Under the pieces are notes generated by a model. The model made no database searches, had not been told where the DNA came from, and saw only the letters and a program-made list of their open reading frames with translations. Position numbers and translations under genes: made by a program. From Deltaproteobacteria bacterium (lineage in GTDB: Bacteria > Myxococcota > Kuafuiibacteriia > Kuafuiibacteriales > Kuafuiibacteriaceae): DNA of 64,000 nt. The stretch covers positions 256,001 through 320,000 of the forward strand of contig JAVJQW010000008.1 of NCBI GenBank assembly GCA_040218735.1, in the 5' to 3' direction. This document shows positions 8,818-17,051 of this stretch, one piece after another (positions within the stretch are counted from its first letter, which is position 1; every line of letters begins with the position of its first letter).

Positions 8818-10119
8818 ATGAGCGAGACCTGGATGCGACTGCTGTCGGCGCGTCAGCTCGGACGGAAGGCGCCGTCGGGCGTGCCGTACCGAACGGCGCA
8901 CCAGCGCGACTTCGATCGCATCGTGTTCTCGACGGCATTCCGGCGCCTCGCGGACAAGACGCAGGTCTTCCCGCTCCCGGACAACGACCTCGTGCACTCG
9001 CGTCTGACGCACAGCCTGGAGGTGTCCTGTGTCGGGCGTTCGCTGGGGACGATGGTCGGCGGTGAGCTCATCGCCCGGCACGCGCTGCCCGAGCTGTCGC
9101 CGCGCGACTTCGGCGACATCGTCGCGGCCGCGTGCCTCGCGCACGACATCGGCAACCCGCCGTTCGGTCACGCGGGGGAGGACGCGATCGGGAGCTGGTT
9201 CGCGGAGCGCCCCGACATCACCGCGTCGCTCACGGAGCGGGAGCGGTGGGACCTCGAGAAGTTCGAAGGCAACGCGCAGGGTTTCAGGATCCTCACGCGC
9301 CTGCAGATGCCGGCCAACTACGGTGGGCTGCAGCTGACGTGCGCGACGCTCGGCGCGTTCACGAAGTACCCGCGTCAGGCCGGACCGCGGCTGGAGGCGG
9401 CGGGGGTCGCCGGTAAGAAACACGGCTTCTTCCAGACGGAGCGCGCGTTGTTCACGGAGGTCGCGGAGGAGACGGGTGTTCCGTCGCGCGGCGAGCTCGC
9501 GTGGGGGCGTCATCCGTTGGCGTGTCTGGTCGAGGCCGCGGACGACATCTGCTACGCGATCCTCGACATCGAGGATGGGTACCGGCTGGGGCACGTGGGT
9601 TACGCGGAGGTGTTCCCGCGGCTCGAGCCGATCGCGGCGCGGGACGATACTTATCGGCGTCCGAGTGACGACGAACCCAAGGAGGCGATCGCTTACCTCC
9701 GTGCGAAGTCGATCAACCAGCTCGCCCAAGAAGTGCGCGCGGCGTTCCTCGATCTGGAGTCCGAGATCCTCGGGCCGGGTCTGAAGGAGCCGCTGTCCAC
9801 GGTCATCGGCGCGGGTGAGTTGCTCGAGGACGTCGTGGGTTTTTCGCGCTCGCGTTGTTACCGCGCGCAGGAAGTCGTGGAGATCGAGCTCGCGGGTTAC
9901 GGCGTGTTGCAGACGCTGCTGTCCGAGCTGGTGCCGGCGGTCTTGTCGACTTCGCCGACGAAGAAACAGACGAAGCTCCTCGACGCCATACACCGGCACC
10001 CCGCCGAGGACCTCGGCGCGTACGAGCGGCTGCTGCTCGTGACGGACTACCTGTCGGGGATGACGGACTCGTACGCCGTCGCGTTCTTCAAGAAGCTGCT
10101 GGGGACGAGCTTGGTGTGA
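8818..10119 (+). CDS. dgt: deoxyguanosinetriphosphate triphosphohydrolase (HD-domain dNTPase)
   Basis: RDFDRIVFSTAFRRLADKTQVF, HSRLTHSLEV, LAHDIGNPPFGHAGE, FEGNAQGFR, EAADDICY, DYLSGMTD. Confidence 0.95.
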   Translation: MSETWMRLLSARQLGRKAPSGVPYRTAHQRDFDRIVFSTAFRRLADKTQVFPLPDNDLVHSRLTHSLEVSCVGRSLGTMVGGELIARHALPELSPRDFGDIVAAACLAHDIGNPPFGHAGEDAIGSWFAERPDITASLTERERWDLEKFEGNAQGFRILTRLQMPANYGGLQLTCATLGAFTKYPRQAGPRLEAAGVAGKKHGFFQTERALFTEVAEETGVPSRGELAWGRHPLACLVEAADDICYAILDIEDGYRLGHVGYAEVFPRLEPIAARDDTYRRPSDDEPKEAIAYLRAKSINQLAQEVRAAFLDLESEILGPGLKEPLSTVIGAGELLEDVVGFSRSRCYRAQEVVEIELAGYGVLQTLLSELVPAVLSTSPTKKQTKLLDAIHRHPAEDLGAYERLLLVTDYLSGMTDSYAVAFFKKLLGTSLV

Positions 10120-11063
10120 ACGCGCTCCAGAGCATCGAGGCCTTCGTCCGGGTCGCCGAGACGCTGAGCTTCTCGAGGGCCGCGCGGCGCCTGGGGGTCT
10201 CGCGCTCCGTCGTGACGACGCGGGTCAAGCAGCTCGAAGACACGATCACCGCGCCGCTCTTTCACCGCACCACCCGCAACGTCACACTCACGGAGATCGG
10301 TGAGACCTTCTATCCGGAGTGTGCGGCGCTCCTTCAAGACTCCGAGGATCTACTCGAGCGAATGCGTGAGATGAAGGGCGCGCCCGCCGGGGTCCTGCGC
10401 GTGCACGTGCTCCCCGGGTTCGTGCACGGTCAGTTCGTCGAGCTCATCGGTGCGTTCCAGAAGAAGTACCCGGCGATCATGCTCGACCTCACGGTGAGTG
10501 ATTCGATCGTGGATCCGGTGCGCGAGGGCTATGACTGCGCGCTGCAGATCTTCAACCCGGTCTCGGACAGCCTCGTCGCGCGGCGCCTTTTTCCGTGGCG
10601 CCCCGTCTTCTGCGCGCACCGCGACTACCTCGCGGAGCGGGGCGCGCCGTCGACGCCGGAGGCGCTGACGTCACATCGGCTGGGTCTCTACTCGCGCTAC
10701 CCATCGGGCGACGTGTGGAACTTCGCCCGGGAGGGCGTCGAGCACAGCGTCGAGCTGCAGCCGTACTTGCGCACCAACAGCGTCTTCCTGTTGCGTGACT
10801 ACGCGTGCAGCGGCGCCGGTATCTCGTGTATCCCGACGCTCCTCGCGTACGACGGTCTGATCGACGGGACGCTCGAGATCGTGCTCCCCGACTACGAGCT
10901 CGCGTCGTTCTGGTTGTGCGCGGTGTATCCGTCCGCGCGCAGCGTGACCCAGAAGCTGCGCGTGTTCCTCGAGAGCCTGGAGGCGGCTCCGCGCGCGGAG
11001 TCGCCGTGGGATCAGGTGCTCATCGAGCGGGGTCTGTTGTCGACGACCCCCGAGCTTCGCTGA
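10116..11063 (+). CDS. LysR family transcriptional regulator (CrgA/DmlR-like)
   Basis: GTG overlapping the dgt stop (GTGA); HTH FVRVAETLSFSRAARRLGVSRSVVTTRVKQLE, LFHRTTRNVTLTEIG. Confidence 0.93.
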   Translation: MNALQSIEAFVRVAETLSFSRAARRLGVSRSVVTTRVKQLEDTITAPLFHRTTRNVTLTEIGETFYPECAALLQDSEDLLERMREMKGAPAGVLRVHVLPGFVHGQFVELIGAFQKKYPAIMLDLTVSDSIVDPVREGYDCALQIFNPVSDSLVARRLFPWRPVFCAHRDYLAERGAPSTPEALTSHRLGLYSRYPSGDVWNFAREGVEHSVELQPYLRTNSVFLLRDYACSGAGISCIPTLLAYDGLIDGTLEIVLPDYELASFWLCAVYPSARSVTQKLRVFLESLEAAPRAESPWDQVLIERGLLSTTPELR

Positions 11064-11133
11064 TTGTTCGGAAATCGCGACAAGTGAAGCGGGCGGGGTT
11101 GTCTTGTCTCCCCGCCCGGGGCGGACGCATCGT
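11064..11133 (+). promoter_or_regulatory. putative LysR operator (T-N11-A within a TTGT...ACAA dyad, 11064-11083) plus a putative promoter (TTGTCT-N18-CATCGT) for the dioxygenase
   Basis: TTGTTCGGAAATCGCGACAA lies directly after the LysR stop; -35-like box at 11104-11109, -10-like box at 11128-11133, 7 nt before ATG 11141; a 9-bp GC inverted repeat (11090-11098 / 11110-11118) straddles the -35. Confidence 0.5.
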
Positions 11134-11140
11134 GGTCGCG

Positions 11141-12100
11141 ATGACCCGAGAAGCACCTCAGCTGAAGCGACACCACCACATCACGCTCTGCACCGGCGGC
11201 GCGCAGGAGGACTACGACTTCCACACCCAGGTCCTCGGTCTCAAGAGCGTCAAGAAGACCGCGCTCTACGACGGCGACGTGCCGATCTATCACCTCTACT
11301 ACGGCAACGACGTCGGTCAGGAGAGCACGCTCGTGACGAGCTTCCCGATGCGTCAGTCCGGTCGAAAGGCGCGCAAGGGATCGAATCAGATCACGAAGGT
11401 CTCGCTGTCGATCCCCACGTCGGGGTTGGAGTACTGGAAGAAGCGCCTCGTCGAGCATGGGTTCGACGTCAGGGCCGAGGAACGGTTCGGTGAGCAGATC
11501 CTCGCGTTCGCACACCCCTGCGGCATCGACTACGAGCTCGTCGCGATCGCCGACGACGACCGCAAGCCCTACGGCGGCTCCGACGTCCCGAGTGAGCTCG
11601 CCATCCGCGGCACCCACGGCATCACCGTGACGGTCCGCGAGCTCGAGCACTCCGAGGAGTTCATGGTCCAGGCGTGGACGGGCGAGAAGGTCGGCAGCGA
11701 CCGAAACTTCACGCGCTTCGCCGTGGGTGAGGGCGGCACCGGGACCCTCGTCGACTTTGAGGTGAAGCCCGACCTCGCGCCGGGCGGTTGGATGTACGGC
11801 GAAGGGATGGTCCACCACTGCGCCTTCCAGATCGACGACCTTGACGCGCAGGCCGACATGAAGTTCCGGTTGGAGGGGCTCGGCTTCACCGACGTCTCCG
11901 ACCGGAAGGACCGCGGCTACTTCGAGTCGGTCTACGTGCGGACACCCGGCGGCGCGCTCTTCGAGGCCGCGGTGTCGAAGCCGGAGGGCATGACGATCGA
12001 CGAGCCGTTCGAGAAGCTCGGGACGTCGTTTCAGGTCCCGCCGGTGTTCGCCGACCGCGCCGACGAGATCTTCGCGTCGCTCGAGAAGCTCGAATGGTGA
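11141..12100 (+). CDS. VOC-family ring-cleaving dioxygenase, LinE/PcpA (hydroquinone 1,2-dioxygenase)-like
   Basis: HHITLCTGGAQ, KKTALYDGDVPIYHLY, RKGSNQ, GEGMVHHCAF, GFTDVSDRKDRGYFESVYVRTPGGALFEA closely follow the LinE/PcpA motifs as I recall them. Confidence 0.88.
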   Translation: MTREAPQLKRHHHITLCTGGAQEDYDFHTQVLGLKSVKKTALYDGDVPIYHLYYGNDVGQESTLVTSFPMRQSGRKARKGSNQITKVSLSIPTSGLEYWKKRLVEHGFDVRAEERFGEQILAFAHPCGIDYELVAIADDDRKPYGGSDVPSELAIRGTHGITVTVRELEHSEEFMVQAWTGEKVGSDRNFTRFAVGEGGTGTLVDFEVKPDLAPGGWMYGEGMVHHCAFQIDDLDAQADMKFRLEGLGFTDVSDRKDRGYFESVYVRTPGGALFEAAVSKPEGMTIDEPFEKLGTSFQVPPVFADRADEIFASLEKLEW

Positions 12101-12795
12101 GCTCCGCGATCGCGAACCCTCACCTCGTGGCGCCGTTGACGCACCTCGGCGCGCGAGAGCCCCGCGTGGTCGTGATCATGCTGCACGGCCGGACGCACGA
12201 CCCGGGTGTCCTCGCGCGCGACGTCGTGGACCACCTCGACGTGCCGGGCGTCGCGTACGTCGCCCCCACGGCGGCGGGGCGCGTCTGGTATCCGCGCTCG
12301 TTCCTCGCGCCGTTCGCAGAGAATGAGCCGGACCTCGGGCACGCGCTCGCGAGCGTCGATGTCATCTCCGATGCGTGGGTCGAGCGCGGCGTGCCTCGTG
12401 AGGCCCAAGTCATCTTGGGTTTCTCACAGGGCGCGTGTCTCGCCTGTGAGTACGTCTACCGTCGACGCGCGCAGCGCTTCGGCGCACTCATCGCATTCAC
12501 CGGTGGGTTGCTCGGACCGCGCGGGACGAACTGGGACGTGCCGGTCAGCGCTTGGGCGGGGATGCCGGTCGTGCTCGGCGGGAGCCGTGAGGACCCGTGG
12601 GTTCCGTACGACCGAATGCAGGAGACGGCCACCGTGATGCGCTCGGGCGGCGCCGTCGTCGAGTCCTACTACAAGGACGGCGACGAACACGCGGTCTACG
12701 CGCCGCAGCTCCGGGTGGCGCAGGAGATCTTGGCGTCGCTCGCCGGTCAGTCCTGGTCGTCGGCGGTGAGCTCTTCGAAGCGGTTGCCGGCGTAG
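12094..12795 (+). CDS. phospholipase/carboxylesterase (alpha/beta hydrolase, MhqD/YodD-like)
   Basis: MLHGR, WYPRSFLAP, GFSQGAC nucleophile elbow, DPWVP and a C-terminal His; overlaps the dioxygenase stop. Confidence 0.88.
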   Translation: MVSSAIANPHLVAPLTHLGAREPRVVVIMLHGRTHDPGVLARDVVDHLDVPGVAYVAPTAAGRVWYPRSFLAPFAENEPDLGHALASVDVISDAWVERGVPREAQVILGFSQGACLACEYVYRRRAQRFGALIAFTGGLLGPRGTNWDVPVSAWAGMPVVLGGSREDPWVPYDRMQETATVMRSGGAVVESYYKDGDEHAVYAPQLRVAQEILASLAGQSWSSAVSSSKRLPA

Positions 12796-14075
12796 CGCGC
12801 GGCGAAGACCCAGACGAGCACCAGCGCGATCGTGATGATCGAGAGGTAGCGCATGCTCGCGATGTCGTTCGACAGCAGCGTGGTGATCAGCAGACTGACG
12901 CCGACCGCGAGCGCCTTCGCGAAGCGCTGGACGAACATGTCGATGAAGGCCTTCGCCTTGTACTTCTCGTCGCGGGAGGTCGGGGTGTAGAGCGCCTCGC
13001 GCGCGGACTGGTTGATCGAGTAGTTGAGGCCGTTGTCCGAGACACTCAGTGCGCCGCCCACGTAGAGGATCGGCATCGCGAGGTACGCACCCGAGGCGAG
13101 CATGATCGCGACGGGCATGATGAGGAGCGCGACCGTGTGGCGGAAGTTCGAGAGGATGTAACTCGTCAGGAACAGCTGCACGAAGAGGCCGAGGCCGTTG
13201 GTGATCGCGTAGGTGGTGCCGAACGCCGAGCCCAGCTCGTCGGCGGCGAGGAGCTCCTCGAAGGTCACCGTGAACTGGAAGTCGAGCATCGTGGAGATGA
13301 TCTCGTAGAGGCCGACGATCGCGACGATCGCGAGGAGGTAGCGCGAGCGGAACACGATGCGCGCGCCGTCGATCGCGGGGTTGCCACCGTCCTCCTCCTT
13401 CGCCTCGTCCCCCGGACGATCCGGCGGTGGGTTCGCGTCGACGATGCGGCCCGCGAACACCGCGAGGATCGCGATGACCACCGTGATGCCGATCCCGATG
13501 CCCATCCACGCCCCGAAGGAGATCGACTTCACGCTCTGCGCGACGAACATCGATCCGAACGCGCCGCCCGACACACCACCCAGGATGATCGGGCCGTAGG
13601 TTCGCTTCGCGGCGGAGGGGCTGAAGCTGTCGTTGAGGAACGCGAAGAACGTCGCGACCATCAGTGTGTTGTAGAGGTCACCGAAGAGGTAGAACAGCCA
13701 CGCCTTCACCTCGGTGGGTTCCTCGCCGAGCACCAGGAAACCGCCGAAACACACCGCGCAGAACGCGCAGAACGCGAGGGTGAGTTGCTGCCGGCGGAGG
13801 CGCCTCGCGAGCGTGGAGAACACGATCACGGCGCCGAAGGCGACGACCATGTTCATGACCTTCGCGATGAGCTCCGCCTGCGAGCCCTCGAGCTGCCACC
13901 CGAAGAGATCGAGCTTCCCCTGGGACTTGTAGAAGCCGATGAACATCGCCTTCTTCAGCGGCTTCACGATCCAGAACGTGGTGATGACCGCGAAGAAGTA
14001 GCTGAACATCAGGAGCGTGAGCGGGAGCTCGTTCCGCTTGATGTTCATGAAGGCAGAGAGGGGGTTCTTGGCCAT
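12747..14075 (-). CDS. NTT/TLC (ATP/ADP translocase-like) MFS transporter, stand-alone
   Basis: About 12 TM segments; IVKPLKKAMFI, FFAFLNDSFSPSAAKRTYG, NYSINQSAREALYTPTSRDEKYKAKAFIDMFVQRFAK. Confidence 0.85.
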   Translation of the reverse strand: MAKNPLSAFMNIKRNELPLTLLMFSYFFAVITTFWIVKPLKKAMFIGFYKSQGKLDLFGWQLEGSQAELIAKVMNMVVAFGAVIVFSTLARRLRRQQLTLAFCAFCAVCFGGFLVLGEEPTEVKAWLFYLFGDLYNTLMVATFFAFLNDSFSPSAAKRTYGPIILGGVSGGAFGSMFVAQSVKSISFGAWMGIGIGITVVIAILAVFAGRIVDANPPPDRPGDEAKEEDGGNPAIDGARIVFRSRYLLAIVAIVGLYEIISTMLDFQFTVTFEELLAADELGSAFGTTYAITNGLGLFVQLFLTSYILSNFRHTVALLIMPVAIMLASGAYLAMPILYVGGALSVSDNGLNYSINQSAREALYTPTSRDEKYKAKAFIDMFVQRFAKALAVGVSLLITTLLSNDIASMRYLSIITIALVLVWVFAARYAGNRFEELTADDQD

Positions 14076-14084
14076 GAATCTAAC

Positions 14085-15215
14085 TCAGAAGTTCGCGGTG
14101 ACGCCGGTGTGGATGGCCACCTCGTTGGCGAAGTCGGAGAAATCCCAGTACTCGCCGGATAGCTTGATGCGGAGACCACGCTGCACGACGATGTTCACGC
14201 CGAGGGTCTCCCGGAGGATGGCGCTGGTACTTCGCAGCGCAGAGCTCGCGAGCACGTTGCCCTTGCGTCTCATCCCGTCGAGGCGCCCGAAGACTTCCAA
14301 GTAGTCCGTTATCGGGTACTCGGCTTCGATGTAGAAGCCATCCTTGGTAAAGAAGTTCTTCTTGGGATCGAACTCGTAGCGGAAGCGTTCGTCGGGGTTG
14401 CTCCCGACGGCGAACTCCGTCTTCCGGAAGAGATACTCACCGCGTATGACCAGCGCGTCGAAGCGTAAGTAGACGTCCGCGCCTAATATCAAATACTCCA
14501 GATCCGCCGCTGGGTCGTAGTGGCCGTACATGCCCGATAACCCGAATGTCCCGTTCACGTAGTCCGTGAAGTTCAAGGTGAGGGCGGCCCGACCTCCTAC
14601 GGCGGGCTCGGAGTTGTTGTCGACGTAGTACAGCGAGCCGGAGCGTGACTGCACGAAGTCGAAGTCGAAGGCGTCGTTGTTGCCCTTGAATCCGCTGACG
14701 ACGTAACCGGCGTAGTCGAGCTGGGCGTCGTCGCCGAACCACTGCGTCCCGTTCACCTCCAGCCCGTTGTCCACGTACGGGGCCGGCACGATGCTCATGT
14801 TCCACTCGTTGCGGCGGAGCATGCGGCCCATGTCGTAGGGGAGGGGTTTGGAGTTTGCGCGGTGGTTCGCCGGGTCGTGGCGAAGGAGGAAGTCACCGAA
14901 CGCAGGGTTCATGCGCCCGACGCGGAAGTTGAGTTGGTCCGCGACGCGCATGTCCACGTAGGCCATGTCCGTCTCGAAGCCGTGGCAGCCGTAGCAGATC
15001 TTCACGTTGGCGCTGAAGTTCTCCGTGAAGTCGACGGCGAGTTTCACCGCGAGCTCGGTGGTGAACCCGTCGAACGTGAAGTTGCGCCCGTTCACGGAGG
15101 TTGGCACGGCGAGGTAGTCGAGCTGCGCCGAGCCGGCGAAGTTGCGTTCGATCTCGTAGGCCGAGGCCGTCGCGGGGAGCAGAGTCACGAGCAGCAGAGG
15201 CAGGAGCTTCTTCAC
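14085..15215 (-). CDS. outer-membrane beta-barrel (porin-like) protein containing a CxxCH motif
   Basis: Signal peptide (PATASA), amphipathic beta strands, porin-like AYVDM..NFRVGRMNPAFG, C-terminal Phe; CYGCH encoded at 14982-14996. Confidence 0.8.
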   Translation of the reverse strand: MKKLLPLLLVTLLPATASAYEIERNFAGSAQLDYLAVPTSVNGRNFTFDGFTTELAVKLAVDFTENFSANVKICYGCHGFETDMAYVDMRVADQLNFRVGRMNPAFGDFLLRHDPANHRANSKPLPYDMGRMLRRNEWNMSIVPAPYVDNGLEVNGTQWFGDDAQLDYAGYVVSGFKGNNDAFDFDFVQSRSGSLYYVDNNSEPAVGGRAALTLNFTDYVNGTFGLSGMYGHYDPAADLEYLILGADVYLRFDALVIRGEYLFRKTEFAVGSNPDERFRYEFDPKKNFFTKDGFYIEAEYPITDYLEVFGRLDGMRRKGNVLASSALRSTSAILRETLGVNIVVQRGLRIKLSGEYWDFSDFANEVAIHTGVTANF

Positions 15216-15598
15216 GGCGCCGCCTCACTTCCGCTCGCCCCGCCGGCGCTGTCCGGCGCGGTGCGCTGGGATGGGTTCTCTTCCTCCAGGTAGTGTTTGA
15301 GGAAGACGAGGATCTTTTCGCCGTCGGCCTTCGAGATCCCGGAGCCGGCGTGGTGCCGCATCCGCTCGACGTAGGCGACCCAGTGCGAGAAGTCGTCGAT
15401 CTGCGCGTTGAGCGGTCGCGACAACGTGTGGCACCGCGAACACCGCGCGGCGAAGAGGCGGTAGGCCTCCTGCACGTTCGGTGGGTACTTCGCGACCCGC
15501 TCCTCCGGGAGTCCGCCCCGCAGGGTGCTTCGCCCGGTCACACACGCGACGAGCGCGAGGGCGGCGAGCGCGACGAGGAAGCGCTTGTCAGTTGTCAC
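15212..15598 (-). CDS. monoheme c-type cytochrome lipoprotein
   Basis: Lipobox LVAC; LFAARCSRCHTL (15428-15442); WVAYVERM gives a candidate distal Met. Confidence 0.85.
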   Translation of the reverse strand: MTTDKRFLVALAALALVACVTGRSTLRGGLPEERVAKYPPNVQEAYRLFAARCSRCHTLSRPLNAQIDDFSHWVAYVERMRHHAGSGISKADGEKILVFLKHYLEEENPSQRTAPDSAGGASGSEAAP

Positions 15599-16052
15599 GG
15601 GCGCCCTCCGCGATCCAGTCGGCGATGAGCCGGCGCTGCGCTTCGGTCAGGAACGGCGGGCCGTCGAACGGCATCTGCGACCCAAACGGCGGGCCGGGGT
15701 TGATCTTCTGCCACAGGATGCTGTCGCACGGCTGCCCTTCTACGATGACGCCCGAGAGGCTGTTGTTTCCGCCGGCGCGCAACCCGGCGAAGCTCGAGAG
15801 GTCGAGGCCGGTTTGTTCGAAGCCGATCGGGTTGGGGTCCGTGGGTTGGTGGCACGAGCAACCCACCGGGCCGGCCTCCTCCCGGAGGATCGGCTGGATG
15901 TCCTGCGAGAACGAGACGTCGGTGTCCGGATCGGAGTCGTCGTTCACGCAGCGGCCCGCGATCGCGGGGCCGACGGCGGGGTCGAACGTGTCGACGACGT
16001 CGAGGCAGCCCCCGACGCCGACGCACAACGCGAGTACGCCCCAGCGCTTCAC
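15588..16052 (-). CDS. lipoprotein with a planctomycete cytochrome c (PSCyt1)-like domain and a non-canonical CxCH motif
   Basis: GTG overlapping the upstream stop (GTGA); lipobox VGGC; VSFSQDIQPIL...GCSCH...GLDLSSFAGL...SILWQKI...QMP...LIADWIAEGA. Confidence 0.8.
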   Translation of the reverse strand: MKRWGVLALCVGVGGCLDVVDTFDPAVGPAIAGRCVNDDSDPDTDVSFSQDIQPILREEAGPVGCSCHQPTDPNPIGFEQTGLDLSSFAGLRAGGNNSLSGVIVEGQPCDSILWQKINPGPPFGSQMPFDGPPFLTEAQRRLIADWIAEGARDN

Positions 16053-17032
16053 AGCGAACCCTTCGTTCGCTGGATTGGGCAGTTCACCAGCACGTCCTTC
16101 TGACGCGATATCGGCGGGACGACCTGCGAAGACACGACGTTCATCCCGACCGGGTCGTAGAACTGATCTTCCGCGGAGAGCCCGACCGCGGAGGAGGACG
16201 TGTCGATCGATAGGTAGTCTTCCTCGACCCGCACCACGGCGAGGTACCACAGCGGTGAGTAGCGCGGGCCGTCGAGACCGGACGCGAAGATGTTGTTCGA
16301 GTCGTTGAGGAGCTGGTCTCCCGTGATGTCGACGCCGCTCACGAACTCATAGAGCGGCGCACCTTCGTCGATTCGCTGGAGCACGTACACCGGGTACACC
16401 GGCATCTGGAGCTTCTCCGGCTCGAGACGTAGGAAATCGGTGAAGACCACCCAGTCGACGCGCTGATTTCGGTACCAAACCCAGCTCGGGTTCGCGTACT
16501 CATCTGGGTTCTGTCGGACCTGGATCTCCGTTTCTCGCAGGACCACGGGGCAGTTCGCCACCCGATCCGTCGCGGCGGGCTCCTGGAGGATTCCGGCGCG
16601 GATGCCCGCGTCGATCCCCTCGCGCGACCAGATGCGCTCGCCGTTGTACTTATCGGTCGTGTAGACCGTGAACACCCGCCACCACGGGGTGTAACCGGTG
16701 TCGCCGGGGATGACGTCGATGATCGTGCGGCCGATCTGCTGACCGTCCGGGCCGATGATTTGGTAGAGCGGCGCGATGAACGTGGCGTTGGGGCCGTCGA
16801 CGTTCCAGTACCAGATGCTCTCGCCGTCGGCCCAACCCTTCAGATACGCAACCTGCGACGCGAACTGCGCGATGTTGCTCGCGAGCGCCGGGTCGTCCTC
16901 GACGTGTTGGACCATTGCGGGGTCCACGTCGGGGTCCCCGAAGAAGGTCGACAGCGGGACATCGTCGTCCTCGGGGGGTTCGAGACACGCTCCGCACAGC
17001 AAGAGCGGTATCAACAGCCAGAGGGATCTCAT
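16049..17032 (-). CDS. lipoprotein with two internal repeats (Y[TS]P[WL]W ... NCP)
   Basis: Lipobox CGAC; GYTPWWRV...VANCPV and RYSPLWYL...LVNCPI; GGAAGGA SD upstream. Confidence 0.8.
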   Translation of the reverse strand: MRSLWLLIPLLLCGACLEPPEDDDVPLSTFFGDPDVDPAMVQHVEDDPALASNIAQFASQVAYLKGWADGESIWYWNVDGPNATFIAPLYQIIGPDGQQIGRTIIDVIPGDTGYTPWWRVFTVYTTDKYNGERIWSREGIDAGIRAGILQEPAATDRVANCPVVLRETEIQVRQNPDEYANPSWVWYRNQRVDWVVFTDFLRLEPEKLQMPVYPVYVLQRIDEGAPLYEFVSGVDITGDQLLNDSNNIFASGLDGPRYSPLWYLAVVRVEEDYLSIDTSSSAVGLSAEDQFYDPVGMNVVSSQVVPPISRQKDVLVNCPIQRTKGSL

Positions 17033-17051
17033 GCCGGTCCTTCCATCGGGG

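Noticed and set aside
8818-10119. dGTPase as an anti-phage defence gene
   Set aside because: Looks like an ordinary Dgt; no neighbouring defence or mobile genes support a defence island
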